From: Candidatus Poriferihabitaceae bacterium
GTDB lineage: Bacteria > Pseudomonadota > Gammaproteobacteria > Arenicellales > Poriferihabitantaceae
Reading direction: 5' to 3'
Length of the DNA: 64,000 bases
Assembly (NCBI GenBank): GCA_965208975.1
Contig: CBDBQH010000001.1
Span: 451,280-515,279 of the forward strand
Shown: piece by piece, positions 43,620-53,287 of the stretch
Numbering within the stretch: the stretch's first letter is position 1
Layout: each line of letters starts with the position of its first letter
The notes under the pieces: model-generated
Told to the model about the DNA's origin: nothing
Databases searched by the model: none
What the model saw: the letters and a program-made list of their open reading frames with translations, nothing else
Translations under genes and position numbers: made by a program

Positions 43620-44246
43620 ATGACCGCCGCCCCGGAAGCAATCGAACGACTGAAAGAAGGCAACCGGCGTTTCGTCTCCGGTCGTCTTCAAAGCGGCGCT
43701 ATCAGTGGTCGCCGGCGAGCGCATCTTGCTGATGGCCAATCCCCGTTTGCCGTCATCCTGGGCTGTTCCGATTCACGGGCGCCGGTGGAGTTGGTGTTCG
43801 ATCAGGGGCTTGGCGACCTGTTCGTCATTCGCGTGGCCGGCAATGTGGCGGCGCCGTCCCAAGTGGGCAGCGTGGAGTTCGCCGTCAATATGTTTGGCAT
43901 CTCTCTGGTGGTGGTGCTCGGACACACCCGGTGCGGCGCCATTGAGGCGGCGCTGAAAACACCTCGCCACTTCGTTGAAAACGGTTGCGGGAATCTGGAT
44001 GCCATTCTGGATTATATTCGCCCGACCGTGCAGTCTCTGCCGGACACGACTGTGCCTACCGATCACGATACACTCATCCGCAAAGCGGTGAGATATAATG
44101 TCCGGGCCCAGGTGATTGCTCTCACCCGGAGGTCGGAATCGATCGGGCGGCTGGTCGAAGCAGGCCGGCTTACGCTGATAGGCGCCGAGTACGATCTCGT
44201 CACTGGCGAAGTGAATTTTCTCAACGAGATTGTGTACCGGCATTGA
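43620..44246 (+). CDS. beta-class carbonic anhydrase
   Basis: 208 aa from ATG 43620; CSDSR and HxxCG (GHTRCGA) zinc-ligand motifs. Confidence 0.85.
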   Translation: MTAAPEAIERLKEGNRRFVSGRLQSGAISGRRRAHLADGQSPFAVILGCSDSRAPVELVFDQGLGDLFVIRVAGNVAAPSQVGSVEFAVNMFGISLVVVLGHTRCGAIEAALKTPRHFVENGCGNLDAILDYIRPTVQSLPDTTVPTDHDTLIRKAVRYNVRAQVIALTRRSESIGRLVEAGRLTLIGAEYDLVTGEVNFLNEIVYRH

Positions 44247-44890
44247 TTCGGAGCATGTCGCCAGATATGAAAACTCGCCGCTTCATCGCTTTGTGGAACC
44301 GATGCGCGGGGTTCGATGACCCTGGATGTGGTGAGATTTCTCAGGCGCTGAATGAGAGATACGATGAATCTCATCGCGTCTACCATAGCAGCGCTCACAT
44401 CCGTCATTGTCTGGCGGAATTTGATTCGATCCATGCCGCCCTTACACAAACCAGCCGGGATATTATCGAGTTGTCGATCTGGTTTCACGATGTGATTTAT
44501 GAGATCGGGGCCAGCGACAATGAAGCGCAAAGCGCTCGTTGGTTTTCCTCTATGGCATCCGGACGATTGCCCGCAGACATCATTCATGCGGTCAGCCGTT
44601 GCATTTTGTACACCACTCATCAGGAGTTGCCAGCCGACCCGTGTTCCCTGTATACGGTGGATGTTGACTTGAGTGGTCTCGGTCAGGATTGGGAAGGGTT
44701 CGCCGCAGACGGCGGCAAAATAAGGCAGGAAAATCATCACCTGGATGACGAGGCTTTTATTGACGGGCAGGTCGCATTCCTGAATCAATTGCTGAACCGG
44801 GAGCGCATTTTTTACACGGAATATTTCCATACCCGTCTGGAAATCCGGGCAAGGCGGAATATGATTCGTCAGTTGGAGATTTATCGGTAG
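44243..44890 (+). CDS. HD-superfamily phosphohydrolase-like protein (COG4339 type)
   Basis: YHSSAHIRHCL and WFHDVIY motifs. Confidence 0.6.
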   Translation: MIRSMSPDMKTRRFIALWNRCAGFDDPGCGEISQALNERYDESHRVYHSSAHIRHCLAEFDSIHAALTQTSRDIIELSIWFHDVIYEIGASDNEAQSARWFSSMASGRLPADIIHAVSRCILYTTHQELPADPCSLYTVDVDLSGLGQDWEGFAADGGKIRQENHHLDDEAFIDGQVAFLNQLLNRERIFYTEYFHTRLEIRARRNMIRQLEIYR

Positions 44891-44928
44891 GGCTTCTTTC
44901 TCATTCATACCCACGCCCGGAGACCCGG

Positions 44929-45795
44929 TTGGAAATTATCTCGATTCTGTTCCCTGTTGTCATCATCGTACTGCTCGGATTCCTGTACGCCCACAAGTTC
45001 GAGCCCGATATGGGGGTGGCGAATGGGCTGGTTTTAAGGGTGTTTTTACCGGCGTTGATATTTGATGTGGTGGCCGGTGGGGAGCTTGCGATTGTTACTT
45101 ATCGCTGGCTGATTGTCGGCGGCATTCTGGTTATTCTCGGGTCGGGGTTGATCGCCTGGCCAATCGGACGGATTCTGAAATATCCCAACCGTGCTTTCGT
45201 GCCGAGCATGATGTTCAACAACTGTGGCAATCTGGGATTGCCGGTTGCTGTCCTGGCATTTGGTGAGCAGGGGCTGGGAGCCGCGATCATATTGTTTCTG
45301 ATCAGCAACCTGGGGCATTTCACATTTGGTGTTTATCTTTTCGGTGGCGCGGTATCATGGAAGAGTCTGCTCGGCAACGCGGTCAATATCGCGACCATAC
45401 TGGCGCTGGTATTCAATTTTACCGGGGCCAGGCTGCCTGATGTCATCCAGTTCCCAATCACCATGCTGGGGCAGGTCGGGATTCCGTTGATGCTTTTTTC
45501 TCTGGGAGTCCGCATGCGAAGGACGCAGATGGAACACTGGAAAATCGGGATTGTATCCGGCCTGGTCTGTCCGTTGTCGGGGCTTTTGTTTGCGGCTGTC
45601 GCAGTCTGGATATTACCCCTGACGGCGTTCCAGGTCGGGATTCTGGTCCTGTTTTCCGCTTTGCCGCCGGCGGTGTTGAATTTCCTGTTTTCGGAGCAAT
45701 ACAATCAACAACCGGAAGTGGTTGCATCCATCGTGTTGATTTCAAACGCGATGTCTGTCGGCGTACTGTCGGTTGTGTTATGGTGGTTGCTGTGA
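44929..45795 (+). CDS. AEC (auxin efflux carrier) family transporter
   Basis: 288 aa, about 8-10 TM segments, TTG start. Confidence 0.7.
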   Translation: MEIISILFPVVIIVLLGFLYAHKFEPDMGVANGLVLRVFLPALIFDVVAGGELAIVTYRWLIVGGILVILGSGLIAWPIGRILKYPNRAFVPSMMFNNCGNLGLPVAVLAFGEQGLGAAIILFLISNLGHFTFGVYLFGGAVSWKSLLGNAVNIATILALVFNFTGARLPDVIQFPITMLGQVGIPLMLFSLGVRMRRTQMEHWKIGIVSGLVCPLSGLLFAAVAVWILPLTAFQVGILVLFSALPPAVLNFLFSEQYNQQPEVVASIVLISNAMSVGVLSVVLWWLL

Positions 45796-45876
45796 CTCTT
45801 TTACTTCAACCATTAACTGTGCTGGAATCCCCATGTTTTCATATTCAATACGACCACAGTGATTGGTAGCGAACCG

Positions 45877-47295
45877 ATGAACCGATACCCACGGGATATG
45901 CACGGCTATGGCCAATTACCACCGAAGGTGAACTGGCCTGGTGACGCAAGGATTGCAGTGCAATTTGTTATTAATTATGAGGAAGGGGGCGAAAACAATA
46001 TCTTGCATGGTGATGCGGGCTCCGAAGCGTTCCTGTCGGAAATTGTTGGCGCCGCCCAATGGCCCGGGCAACGCCACTGGAACATGGAGTCTGTTTATGA
46101 ATACGGCGCCCGCGCAGGATTCTGGCGCTTGCATCGCCTGTTCACAAAAATGGAAATACCGGCCACAATTTACGGTGTCGCAACCGCGCTGGAACGCTCT
46201 CCGGCGCAAGTGGCGGCCATGCGGGACGCGGGGTGGGAGATTGCCAGCCACGGCTTGAAGTGGATTGACTACAAGGATTTCGACAAGGAAGCGGAGCGAG
46301 CGGATTTGCTGGAGGCTATCCGTATCCATAGGGAAGTTACAGGTGAACGTCCGCAGGGATGGTATACGGGCCGTTGCTCGGTCAACACGGTTGATCTGGT
46401 AGCCGAAGAAGGTGGGTTTGACTATGTATCAGACAGTTATGCGGATGATCTGCCTTATTGGTATGCGCATGATGGGCGTTGGCAACTGGTAATTCCGTAT
46501 ACACTGGATGCCAACGACATGCGTTTTGCATCGCCACAAGGATTCAATTCCGGGGAGCAATTTTACGCATACCTGAAAGACAGTTTTGATGCCCTTTATG
46601 AGGAAGGTCAGGAGGGGTTCCCGAAGATGATGTCGGTCGGGTTGCATTGCCGTCTGATCGGGCGACCCGGACGCATTCAGGCGTTGAGACGGTTTATGGA
46701 ATATGCACAAAACCATGATAACGTATGGTTTGCGAGACGCATTGAGATTGCGCGACATTGGCGCCAGGACCACCCGGCGCCAAAAAACGCAAATACCCCA
46801 TCAACCATGAATAAGGACGAATTCGCGCGGCTTTATGGTGGTATCTTTGAACATTCAGCATGGATTGCCGAAGGGGCCTGGGATAGTGAATTAGGCCCCG
46901 CGCATGATACGGCAATCGGGTTGCATTCAGCGCTTTGTCTTGTTTACAGGCGCGCGGATGACGACCAGCGCTTAGGCGTTTTAATGGAGCACCCGAGCCT
47001 GGCGGGCAAGTTGATGGATGCCAGACAACTGACGGACGAGTCTGCCGGTGAACAGGCAAGCGCCGGGCTGGATGCGTTATCGGACGCGCAACAAGCTGAA
47101 TTTCAGGCGTTGAATTCAGAATATATGACCCGGTTCGGGTTTCCATACATCATGGCGGTTAAAGGCCTGACCAAAAACCAGATACTGGAAGCATTCAAAA
47201 CACGTATTTCAAATGACCGCGATACAGAGTTCGACACGGCCTGCAAGCAGGTTGAACAGATTGCGCTATTGCGCCTGAAAGAAATTTTGCCATGA
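45877..47295 (+). CDS. puuE: fusion of PuuE-type allantoinase (polysaccharide-deacetylase fold) and OHCU decarboxylase
   Basis: N-terminus YPRDMHGYG...NYEEGGE is typical of PuuE; the C-terminal roughly 165 aa (FARLYGGIFEHSAWIAE...MEHPSLAGK...PYIMAVKG) is typical of UraD. Confidence 0.8.
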   Translation: MNRYPRDMHGYGQLPPKVNWPGDARIAVQFVINYEEGGENNILHGDAGSEAFLSEIVGAAQWPGQRHWNMESVYEYGARAGFWRLHRLFTKMEIPATIYGVATALERSPAQVAAMRDAGWEIASHGLKWIDYKDFDKEAERADLLEAIRIHREVTGERPQGWYTGRCSVNTVDLVAEEGGFDYVSDSYADDLPYWYAHDGRWQLVIPYTLDANDMRFASPQGFNSGEQFYAYLKDSFDALYEEGQEGFPKMMSVGLHCRLIGRPGRIQALRRFMEYAQNHDNVWFARRIEIARHWRQDHPAPKNANTPSTMNKDEFARLYGGIFEHSAWIAEGAWDSELGPAHDTAIGLHSALCLVYRRADDDQRLGVLMEHPSLAGKLMDARQLTDESAGEQASAGLDALSDAQQAEFQALNSEYMTRFGFPYIMAVKGLTKNQILEAFKTRISNDRDTEFDTACKQVEQIALLRLKEILP

Positions 47296-47305
47296 AGGTT
47301 GTCAC

Positions 47306-48157
47306 ATGAAAGATCACAAGCGTTCCACTTTTCAATATTATGCGCCGACTGGCGGGCTGCCCGCGCAAAACCAGGTCATGACAGACCGGGCGGTACTGAA
47401 AAATGCCTATGCGATTATTCCCAAAGGGGTGATGACCGACATTGTTGCAAGCCTTTTGCCGGACTGGAAGAATGCCCGGTTTTGGGTCATTGCGCGGCCC
47501 TTAAGCGGGTTTGCAGAAACTTTCTCACACTATATCGCTGAAGTGGCTCCCGCTGGCGGCAGTCATTCACCAGAATCAGACGCTACCGCAGAAAGTGTTT
47601 TATTTGTTGTTGGGGGTACGCTTGAATTGAACATTCAAGGCGAAACCCATACATTAAGCGAAGGCGGATATGCGTTCCTGCCACCCGCTTGCGATTGGAA
47701 GCTGTTCAATACATCGGATGAAACCGCTAATTTCCATTGGATCAGAAAACGGTATCAGGCGGCGGTCGGAGTGGAGATTCCTGAAGCTTTTGTTGCCAGT
47801 GATCAGGATACGGAACCCACGCCCATGCCGGACACAGACGGAGTATGGGCCACGACGCGGTTCGTTGACCCCTCGGATATTCGCCATGATATGCATGTCA
47901 ATATCGTCACGTTCCAGCCGGGCGGCTCTATTCCTTTTGCGGAAACACATGTCATGGAACACGGGCTTTACGTTTTGCAGGGCAAAGCGGTTTATCATCT
48001 GAATCAGGACTGGGTGGAAGTCGAGGCGGGTGACTACATGTGGCTGCGAGCATTTTGTCCACAAGCCTGCGTGGCCGCAGGCCCGGAGCCGTTTCGCTAT
48101 CTCTTGTACAAGGATGTCAATCGTCACATGCCCCTCGATCCGGGGAATGCAAGATGA
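47306..48157 (+). CDS. (S)-ureidoglycine aminohydrolase-like bicupin
   Basis: 283 aa two-cupin protein next to puuE/uraD; YlbA/AllE-like pattern. Confidence 0.7.
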   Translation: MKDHKRSTFQYYAPTGGLPAQNQVMTDRAVLKNAYAIIPKGVMTDIVASLLPDWKNARFWVIARPLSGFAETFSHYIAEVAPAGGSHSPESDATAESVLFVVGGTLELNIQGETHTLSEGGYAFLPPACDWKLFNTSDETANFHWIRKRYQAAVGVEIPEAFVASDQDTEPTPMPDTDGVWATTRFVDPSDIRHDMHVNIVTFQPGGSIPFAETHVMEHGLYVLQGKAVYHLNQDWVEVEAGDYMWLRAFCPQACVAAGPEPFRYLLYKDVNRHMPLDPGNAR

Positions 48158-48268
48158 GTGTTATGAAAACCCGGACGTTAGCGACAGCTGTTTTCGCGCC
48201 ATTAAGACGCTATTTATGCACCATGCCTGAATCTATTGATTACTGTTCTCATGTTATGATGCCTGGAT

Positions 48269-49855
48269 ATGAATGAGAATCAGGACATGGCTCGCCGCCG
48301 ACTCCCGATCGGCATCCAGACTTTCCGGCATATCCGGGAGCGCAACTGCTACTATGTAGACAAGACCCCCCTGATCCGGCAGATGGTGGATCAGGGGTCC
48401 TATTACTTCCTGTCGCGCCCGCGCCGCTTTGGCAAGAGTCTGCTGCTCGATACCCTGCGCGAACTGTTCTCAGGCAATGAAAAGCTGTTCCGGGGGCTGG
48501 ATATTCACGACCACTGGGACTGGAACCCGGAACAAAAGCATCCAGTGGTGCGAATCAGTTTTGGTGGTAAACACACAGAAGCGGGTGATCTGGATGGCGA
48601 TATTATCGAACAGCTGGAAAGTGTAGAACGGCATTACGGCCTTGCTCACGCCACTGCGTCGCACACGGGTCCCCGCCGCCTGCGGAACATACTGGATCGT
48701 CTGCATGAACAGAGCGGGCGTGAAGTCGTGGTACTGATTGACGAATACGACAAACCCATCCTGGATGTACTGGAAGATCCAGAAATGGCCAGAGCCAACC
48801 GGGATTACTTGAGAGGGTTCTACGGCATCATCAAGGATAGCGCTGAACATATCCGGTTCGTCTTCATTACCGGCGTCAGTATGTTCTCCAATGTAAACCT
48901 GTTCTCTGGTCTTAACAACCTGGAGAATATCAGTCTGAATCCCGTGTACTCCACGATTTGTGGTTATACCGATAATGACCTCGATACCGTATTTTCTCCA
49001 GAATTGCCGGGACTTGATCGGGAAGAAATTAAACGCTGGTACAACGGCTACAGTTGGTCAGGTGAGGAGAAAGTCTATAACCCATTCGATGTGTTGCTGC
49101 TGCTTCGGGGACGGGAGTTTGAACCGTACTGGTTCCGCACCGGCACACCGACCTTTCTGTACCGGGAGTTAGTCAAGAATAAAATCAGCCCGATGGAACT
49201 TGAGCATCGTACTGCAGACCGGGAACTGGTTTCTACCTTTGATGTAGAGAGCTATAACATAGATGCCCTGCTGTTCCAGACCGGTTATTTGACTATTGTG
49301 GGTAAGGAACAGACAGGAGGCCTGACCGAATACCGTCTGGGTTATCCGAACTATGAAGTAGAGTTGAGTCTGAACCGGGGACTGCTGCGCTATGTGACAG
49401 GTATCGACCAAATCACGAAGCAGGGAATGGGGTTGCTTCGATTACTGGCAGATCAAGACTTTGATGGATTTGCCGAAGAGTTTCGGGCATATCTGTCCGG
49501 GATACCGCATCCATGGCATGACAGCGCCAATCTGAGTCGGTATGAGTCGTGGTATGCGAGTCTGTTGTATATGATCTTCAAAGCCCTGGAGGCGGAGGTT
49601 CGGGTAGAGGAGTCCACTAGCCGGGGTCGTTCAGACATGGCGCTGATTCATGCCGGTCAGGTATTTATCATGGAATTCAAGGTAGCAGAAGATGAATCGG
49701 GTAAAGAGGCGGCTCTGAGCCAGGCGATGGCACAAATCAAGGAGAAGGGCTACAGCGAGAAATACCACAATCAGGGCAAGCCGATTCATCATATCGCGCT
49801 TGTCTTCGGGCAGGCGGAACGTAATTTGCTGGGGATTCGGGTGGAATGTGGCTAA
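48269..49855 (+). CDS. predicted AAA-ATPase N-domain fused to a PD-(D/E)xK (former DUF1703-type) nuclease-like C-domain
   Basis: LPIGIQTFRHIRE..YYVDKT...SRPRRFGKSLLLDTL Walker-A-like start; C-terminal GRSDMALI...FIMEFKV D/E-x-K motif. Confidence 0.7.
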   Translation: MNENQDMARRRLPIGIQTFRHIRERNCYYVDKTPLIRQMVDQGSYYFLSRPRRFGKSLLLDTLRELFSGNEKLFRGLDIHDHWDWNPEQKHPVVRISFGGKHTEAGDLDGDIIEQLESVERHYGLAHATASHTGPRRLRNILDRLHEQSGREVVVLIDEYDKPILDVLEDPEMARANRDYLRGFYGIIKDSAEHIRFVFITGVSMFSNVNLFSGLNNLENISLNPVYSTICGYTDNDLDTVFSPELPGLDREEIKRWYNGYSWSGEEKVYNPFDVLLLLRGREFEPYWFRTGTPTFLYRELVKNKISPMELEHRTADRELVSTFDVESYNIDALLFQTGYLTIVGKEQTGGLTEYRLGYPNYEVELSLNRGLLRYVTGIDQITKQGMGLLRLLADQDFDGFAEEFRAYLSGIPHPWHDSANLSRYESWYASLLYMIFKALEAEVRVEESTSRGRSDMALIHAGQVFIMEFKVAEDESGKEAALSQAMAQIKEKGYSEKYHNQGKPIHHIALVFGQAERNLLGIRVECG

Positions 49856-50039
49856 TGCTGAAATCTGCAATTTAGCGCATTTTTCCTGCATAAACAGAGG
49901 GAAACCGCCCTTTTTCGAATGAAAAAGGGTGAAGTTCAAGAAATGCTATCATTTTTTGGAAGGCGCTTTTCCTCCTCCTCAACCCGGTTGGTGACCGAAT
50001 AAACTAATCGTCCGTAATGACTAACTTGCTGTCCGCCTA

Positions 50040-50068
50040 TTGATGTGTAGTGCGAATTGCACTACAAT
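50040..50068 (+). promoter_or_regulatory. promoter TTGATG-N17-TACAAT with inverted repeat GTAGTGC-GAATT-GCACTAC (50047-50065) overlapping the -10: likely autoregulatory operator of the TA operon
   Basis: hexamers, spacing and palindrome read directly. Confidence 0.55.
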
Positions 50069-50096
50069 GTATATATTGTTTTATTCAGAGGCAATC

Positions 50097-50405
50097 ATGC
50101 TCGATTTCGAAACCGTGTCAAGGACTCCGGCGAAACAGACCAGAACAACCCAGGTGCGTCACGATGATCGTCTGGCCGTCTTGATTGAACGTGCCGCGCT
50201 TGCGCTGGCCGTAGACAAATCAGTCTTTCTGCGCACAGCGATTGAGCGCGAGGCTGCCCGTGTTCTTGAATTGCAGTCCCGGCATGTTTTGACGCCGGAA
50301 GATGCCGGGATGTTTATCGCGGCTTTGGATGCTCCACTGGCGCCAACCCCACGCGCTCTTGAAGCGGCTGAAAACTACCGTTCACGTGTGGTTCATGCCG
50401 ACTGA
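50097..50405 (+). CDS. DUF1778 (TacA-like) antitoxin
   Basis: 102 aa RHH-type; 11-nt overlap with the downstream GNAT gene. Confidence 0.8.
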   Translation: MLDFETVSRTPAKQTRTTQVRHDDRLAVLIERAALALAVDKSVFLRTAIEREAARVLELQSRHVLTPEDAGMFIAALDAPLAPTPRALEAAENYRSRVVHAD

Positions 50406-50955
50406 ACCACCGGCTCTCAGAATTGAACACTTCGATGTAACGCGGCACGACCGAGCCGATTTTGATTGTGGTGTCTCCCGTCTGAATAATTATCTCAAGA
50501 TAAGCGCAAAAAAACAGCAGAAGGATGACATGACTCGTGTCTATGTTGTCGTCGCAGAGGGGAGCGTACAAATCCTGGGCTACCATTCGATTAATCCGGG
50601 TATGATGAATGTGAACGAACTCAAGCGTCGACCACGAGGCGCGCCGGGTCACGGGGAGATTCCCGTGTTGTTCCTGGGGCAGGTCGCTGTAGACAAGGCG
50701 GGACAGGGTAGAGGTATAGGTGGCATCCTTATGCACCATGTCTTCGAAAAGGCGCGCATGGTTTCCGACATAGCCGGCTGCCATGCAATCATTCTTGATG
50801 TCATCCCGGACGGTGGTGAAGATGCGTTCGCGCGTCGCAAGATGTGGTACGAAAGCTTCGGTTTCGCTACCTTCCCGAGCAACCCTGCGCGTATGTTCCT
50901 TGTAATGAAGCAGGTACGCGCAGTGGTTCAGACATCCAATGCCGGGAAGCAATGA
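50395..50955 (+). CDS. GNAT-family acetyltransferase toxin (TacT-like)
   Basis: 186 aa; acetyl-CoA motif QVAVDKAGQGRGIGGILM; paired with DUF1778. Confidence 0.8.
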   Translation: MPTEPPALRIEHFDVTRHDRADFDCGVSRLNNYLKISAKKQQKDDMTRVYVVVAEGSVQILGYHSINPGMMNVNELKRRPRGAPGHGEIPVLFLGQVAVDKAGQGRGIGGILMHHVFEKARMVSDIAGCHAIILDVIPDGGEDAFARRKMWYESFGFATFPSNPARMFLVMKQVRAVVQTSNAGKQ

Positions 50956-50977
50956 TGGTTAACTTGCTGTCCGCAGA

Positions 50978-51007
50978 TTGATTTGCCTGCTGTGCTTTAC
51001 TTATAAT
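50978..51007 (+). promoter_or_regulatory. candidate promoter TTGATT-N18-TATAAT for yefM-yoeB
   Basis: read directly. Confidence 0.5.
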
Positions 51008-51045
51008 GCCAATACTCTATTCTTGTATTAATAAATGAGGTTTTT

Positions 51046-51297
51046 ATGGATGCCATCAGTTATACGGATGCTCGTTCAAATTTATCGAGTACCATGCGGC
51101 GGGTTTGTGATGACCATACTCCTGTAATTATTACCAGAAAAAGCGAGTCTCCGGTCGTCATGATTTCCCTGGAGGATTATCAGTCCATGGAGGAGACCAC
51201 CTACCTGCTGCGCTCACCCGCAAATGCCCGAAATTTACTGGAATCAATCGAAGAGCTTGACGATGGCAAAGGGGTTGAGCGTGAATTGGTTGAGTGA
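51046..51297 (+). CDS. yefM: Phd/YefM-family antitoxin
   Basis: 83 aa; ISYTDARSNLSSTM...VIITR...EETTYLLRSPANA is the typical YefM pattern. Confidence 0.9.
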   Translation: MDAISYTDARSNLSSTMRRVCDDHTPVIITRKSESPVVMISLEDYQSMEETTYLLRSPANARNLLESIEELDDGKGVERELVE

Positions 51298-51548
51298 ACC
51301 TTATATTTTCATCCAAAGCCTGGGATAGTTACCTGTATTGGCAAAAAACCGACAAGGCTATCGTAAAAAGGATTAACCTGCTTATTGAAAATATTCAGCG
51401 TAGTCCTTTTAAGGGTATCGGAAAACCGGAACCATTAAAACATGGTTTGTCTGGTTATTGGTCAAGGCGCATCAACGATGAACATCGAGTTGTATACAAA
51501 GTGATTGATGATGACCTTTTGATTGCTCAACTTCGTTATCACTACTGA
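51294..51548 (+). CDS. yoeB: YoeB/Txe-family mRNA interferase toxin
   Basis: 84 aa; AWDSYLYWQ...GYWSRRINDEHRVVY...RYHY; 4-nt overlap with yefM. Confidence 0.9.
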   Translation: MNLIFSSKAWDSYLYWQKTDKAIVKRINLLIENIQRSPFKGIGKPEPLKHGLSGYWSRRINDEHRVVYKVIDDDLLIAQLRYHY

Positions 51549-51571
51549 ACCAGTTCGAAAACTGATGTGTA

Positions 51572-51803
51572 TAATTCTACGGCCGGTGTCCTTTGGTAGG
51601 CGGCGAAGACGGCTACCTGAAATCCTGCAAGGCGCGGGTGACGGCTGTCTGGCCCGGATGGCGACCGATACGGCATATCGGTGGATCAAACCGTGTTTTA
51701 TCCATTGGGCGGAGGGCAGCCCGGAGACACGGGCATCATAACCCGTACTGACGGAGCGGCCATTGAGGTGATTGATTGCTACAATGACCGAACGAACGGC
51801 TAG
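51572..51803 (+). pseudogene. frameshifted N-terminal fragment of an alanyl-tRNA editing protein (AlaX-like), truncated next to the IS
   Basis: own translation gives DGYLKSCKARVTAV then, after a +1 shift, GISVDQTVFYPLGGGQPGDTGII; no continuation was found downstream. Confidence 0.5.
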
Positions 51804-51832
51804 CATCTGCATATTGTCAACCCTTGTAACAA

Positions 51833-53257
51833 TCTAGGGTCTCCCCATTTTTTCATGAGAGGCTGGGCGCAAGCCGCCCGTTATTGATGAACAGGTCAGC
51901 CTGTCTGGGTGGGGGGCGTTTGGGTTTTCTCCACCAGTCATAAAAAAGGGTTTTGGCATCCGCAAATAACGCCTGCCAGCCCGATAACAGCGTATAGAAC
52001 GGAAAAACCAGGGGTTTGTGACTCTTTTGCCGTTTCGCCTTGTAGATGAGTTTCTGCCCCTGATTCTGGTGACAGGCCAGCAATCCCCAGGCTAACGTCG
52101 CCAGCGCAACCAGATTCTGCAAGGTCGCCAGTTTCCGGGCTTGAACCTTCTCCAATCCAAACCCCTGCTTGCTGAACCGATACCCTTCCTCACAGGCCCA
52201 ACGACCCATATACGATTGAATCAATCGCTCCCCTTGCAACCGACCCCGTATCCGCTCGGTACTGACCAGTACCATCGGTTGTTGTTTGCCATGACGCACC
52301 ACAACCATCGACAACGGCGTATCCGGATGATCTTTCAAGGATACGGTCGTCATACCAAAACGTACCGACTCCTGTGCCTGTTTCGTCAGCTTGCCCCGAT
52401 GCTTCAACGGCAACTGACGCGCAATCTGTTGCGCCGTTCTCTTTGACCCTCTCCATAACCAGTGACGAAGATTGGTTGACCGTACCAGAATCCTCCAATC
52501 TCCTCGCAACCAGTAATCCCACAATACACCCCGATCTCCACCCCGGTCTATGACCCATAATGGACGACTGCAAAGGCTCCCCTGTACCCGCTCCATGACA
52601 TTCACAATATCCCGATTCTCGCTCTTGTAAGAACCTCGAACACTCGACAACAATCGAGTCAGCAACGGCAATGTCTGGCCACTATCCAAACAGCGAGCCA
52701 CCACACTCAATAACGGAACCATTCACTATATCCCCCCGGTCTCCATCCCGTACCCGGCATAACCCTTCACTGGCGCGACTGCCTTCCCGGTTCAAATCTC
52801 CCGGATCAATCGCAACCACCCTATCTCCCGTCACATGTCCTGACATCTGCTCCAGTAAACGATCTTCCGCTTCCCATGCAATCTCTCCATGTTTCCCCAA
52901 CATCCGCGATAATCTCTTGACCGTGTGATGCAGACGAGTCGGCTCTTTCAAACTCCGCCCAATCCTCGATAACTGCAAGCTCCCACTGCCTAATATACCG
53001 ACCACAACCTCCGCCATCAGCTTGGCTACCGGCTGACTGATTAAATCACTCGATTGATTCACACAATCAGTAATTCGGACTTTCCATTTGTTGCGTTCCC
53101 GGCTATCATCAGTCATCAGAGTTCTCTTTTGGTATCAGTAGTTTATGGTAAAACCATTGTACCAGAAGCAGAACTCTGATTCCATTCAATATCCAACCTT
53201 TCTACAACCTTTTCAACCGCTTATATAACACTCAAATAAAAAATGGGGAGACCTTAG
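51833..53257 (-). mobile_element. IS4-family insertion sequence (1.43 kb) with about 20-bp imperfect terminal IRs and 9-bp direct repeat TTGTAACAA (51824-51832 and 53258-53266)
   Basis: IRL TCTAGGGTCTCCCCATTTTTT versus reverse complement of IRR CTAAGGTCTCCCCATTTTTT; flanking 9-mers identical. Confidence 0.8.
51853..53116 (-). pseudogene. IS4-family DDE transposase split by a frameshift (ORFs 53116-52682 and 52722-51853)
   Basis: DDE residues VAIDPGD / WVIDRGGD / Y-x2-R-x3-E-x6-K (YMGRWACEEGYRFSK) are distributed over two overlapping frames. Confidence 0.75.
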
Positions 53258-53266
53258 TTGTAACAA

Positions 53267-53287
53267 TCTGGGGTCTCCCCATTTTTT
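53267..53287 (+). repeat. solo extra copy of the IS left end (TCTGGGGTCTCCCCATTTTTT) abutting the right-hand 9-mer
   Basis: 20/21 identical to 51833-51853; weak similarity continues for about 30 bp. Confidence 0.75.

Noticed and set aside
49908-49929. Hairpin CCCTTTTTC-GAAT-GAAAAAGGG as the terminator of the AAA-ATPase gene
   Set aside because: The stem is 9 bp and perfect but AT-rich, and no T-run follows on either strand. This is too weak to annotate.
50022-50985. Integron attC sites bounding the TA cassettes
   Set aside because: The 26-bp repeats are direct copies lacking the imperfect-palindrome R''/L''-L'/R' organisation with GTTRRRY cores. No intI gene or attI is in the window. They are retained only as a generic cassette-boundary or regulatory repeat.
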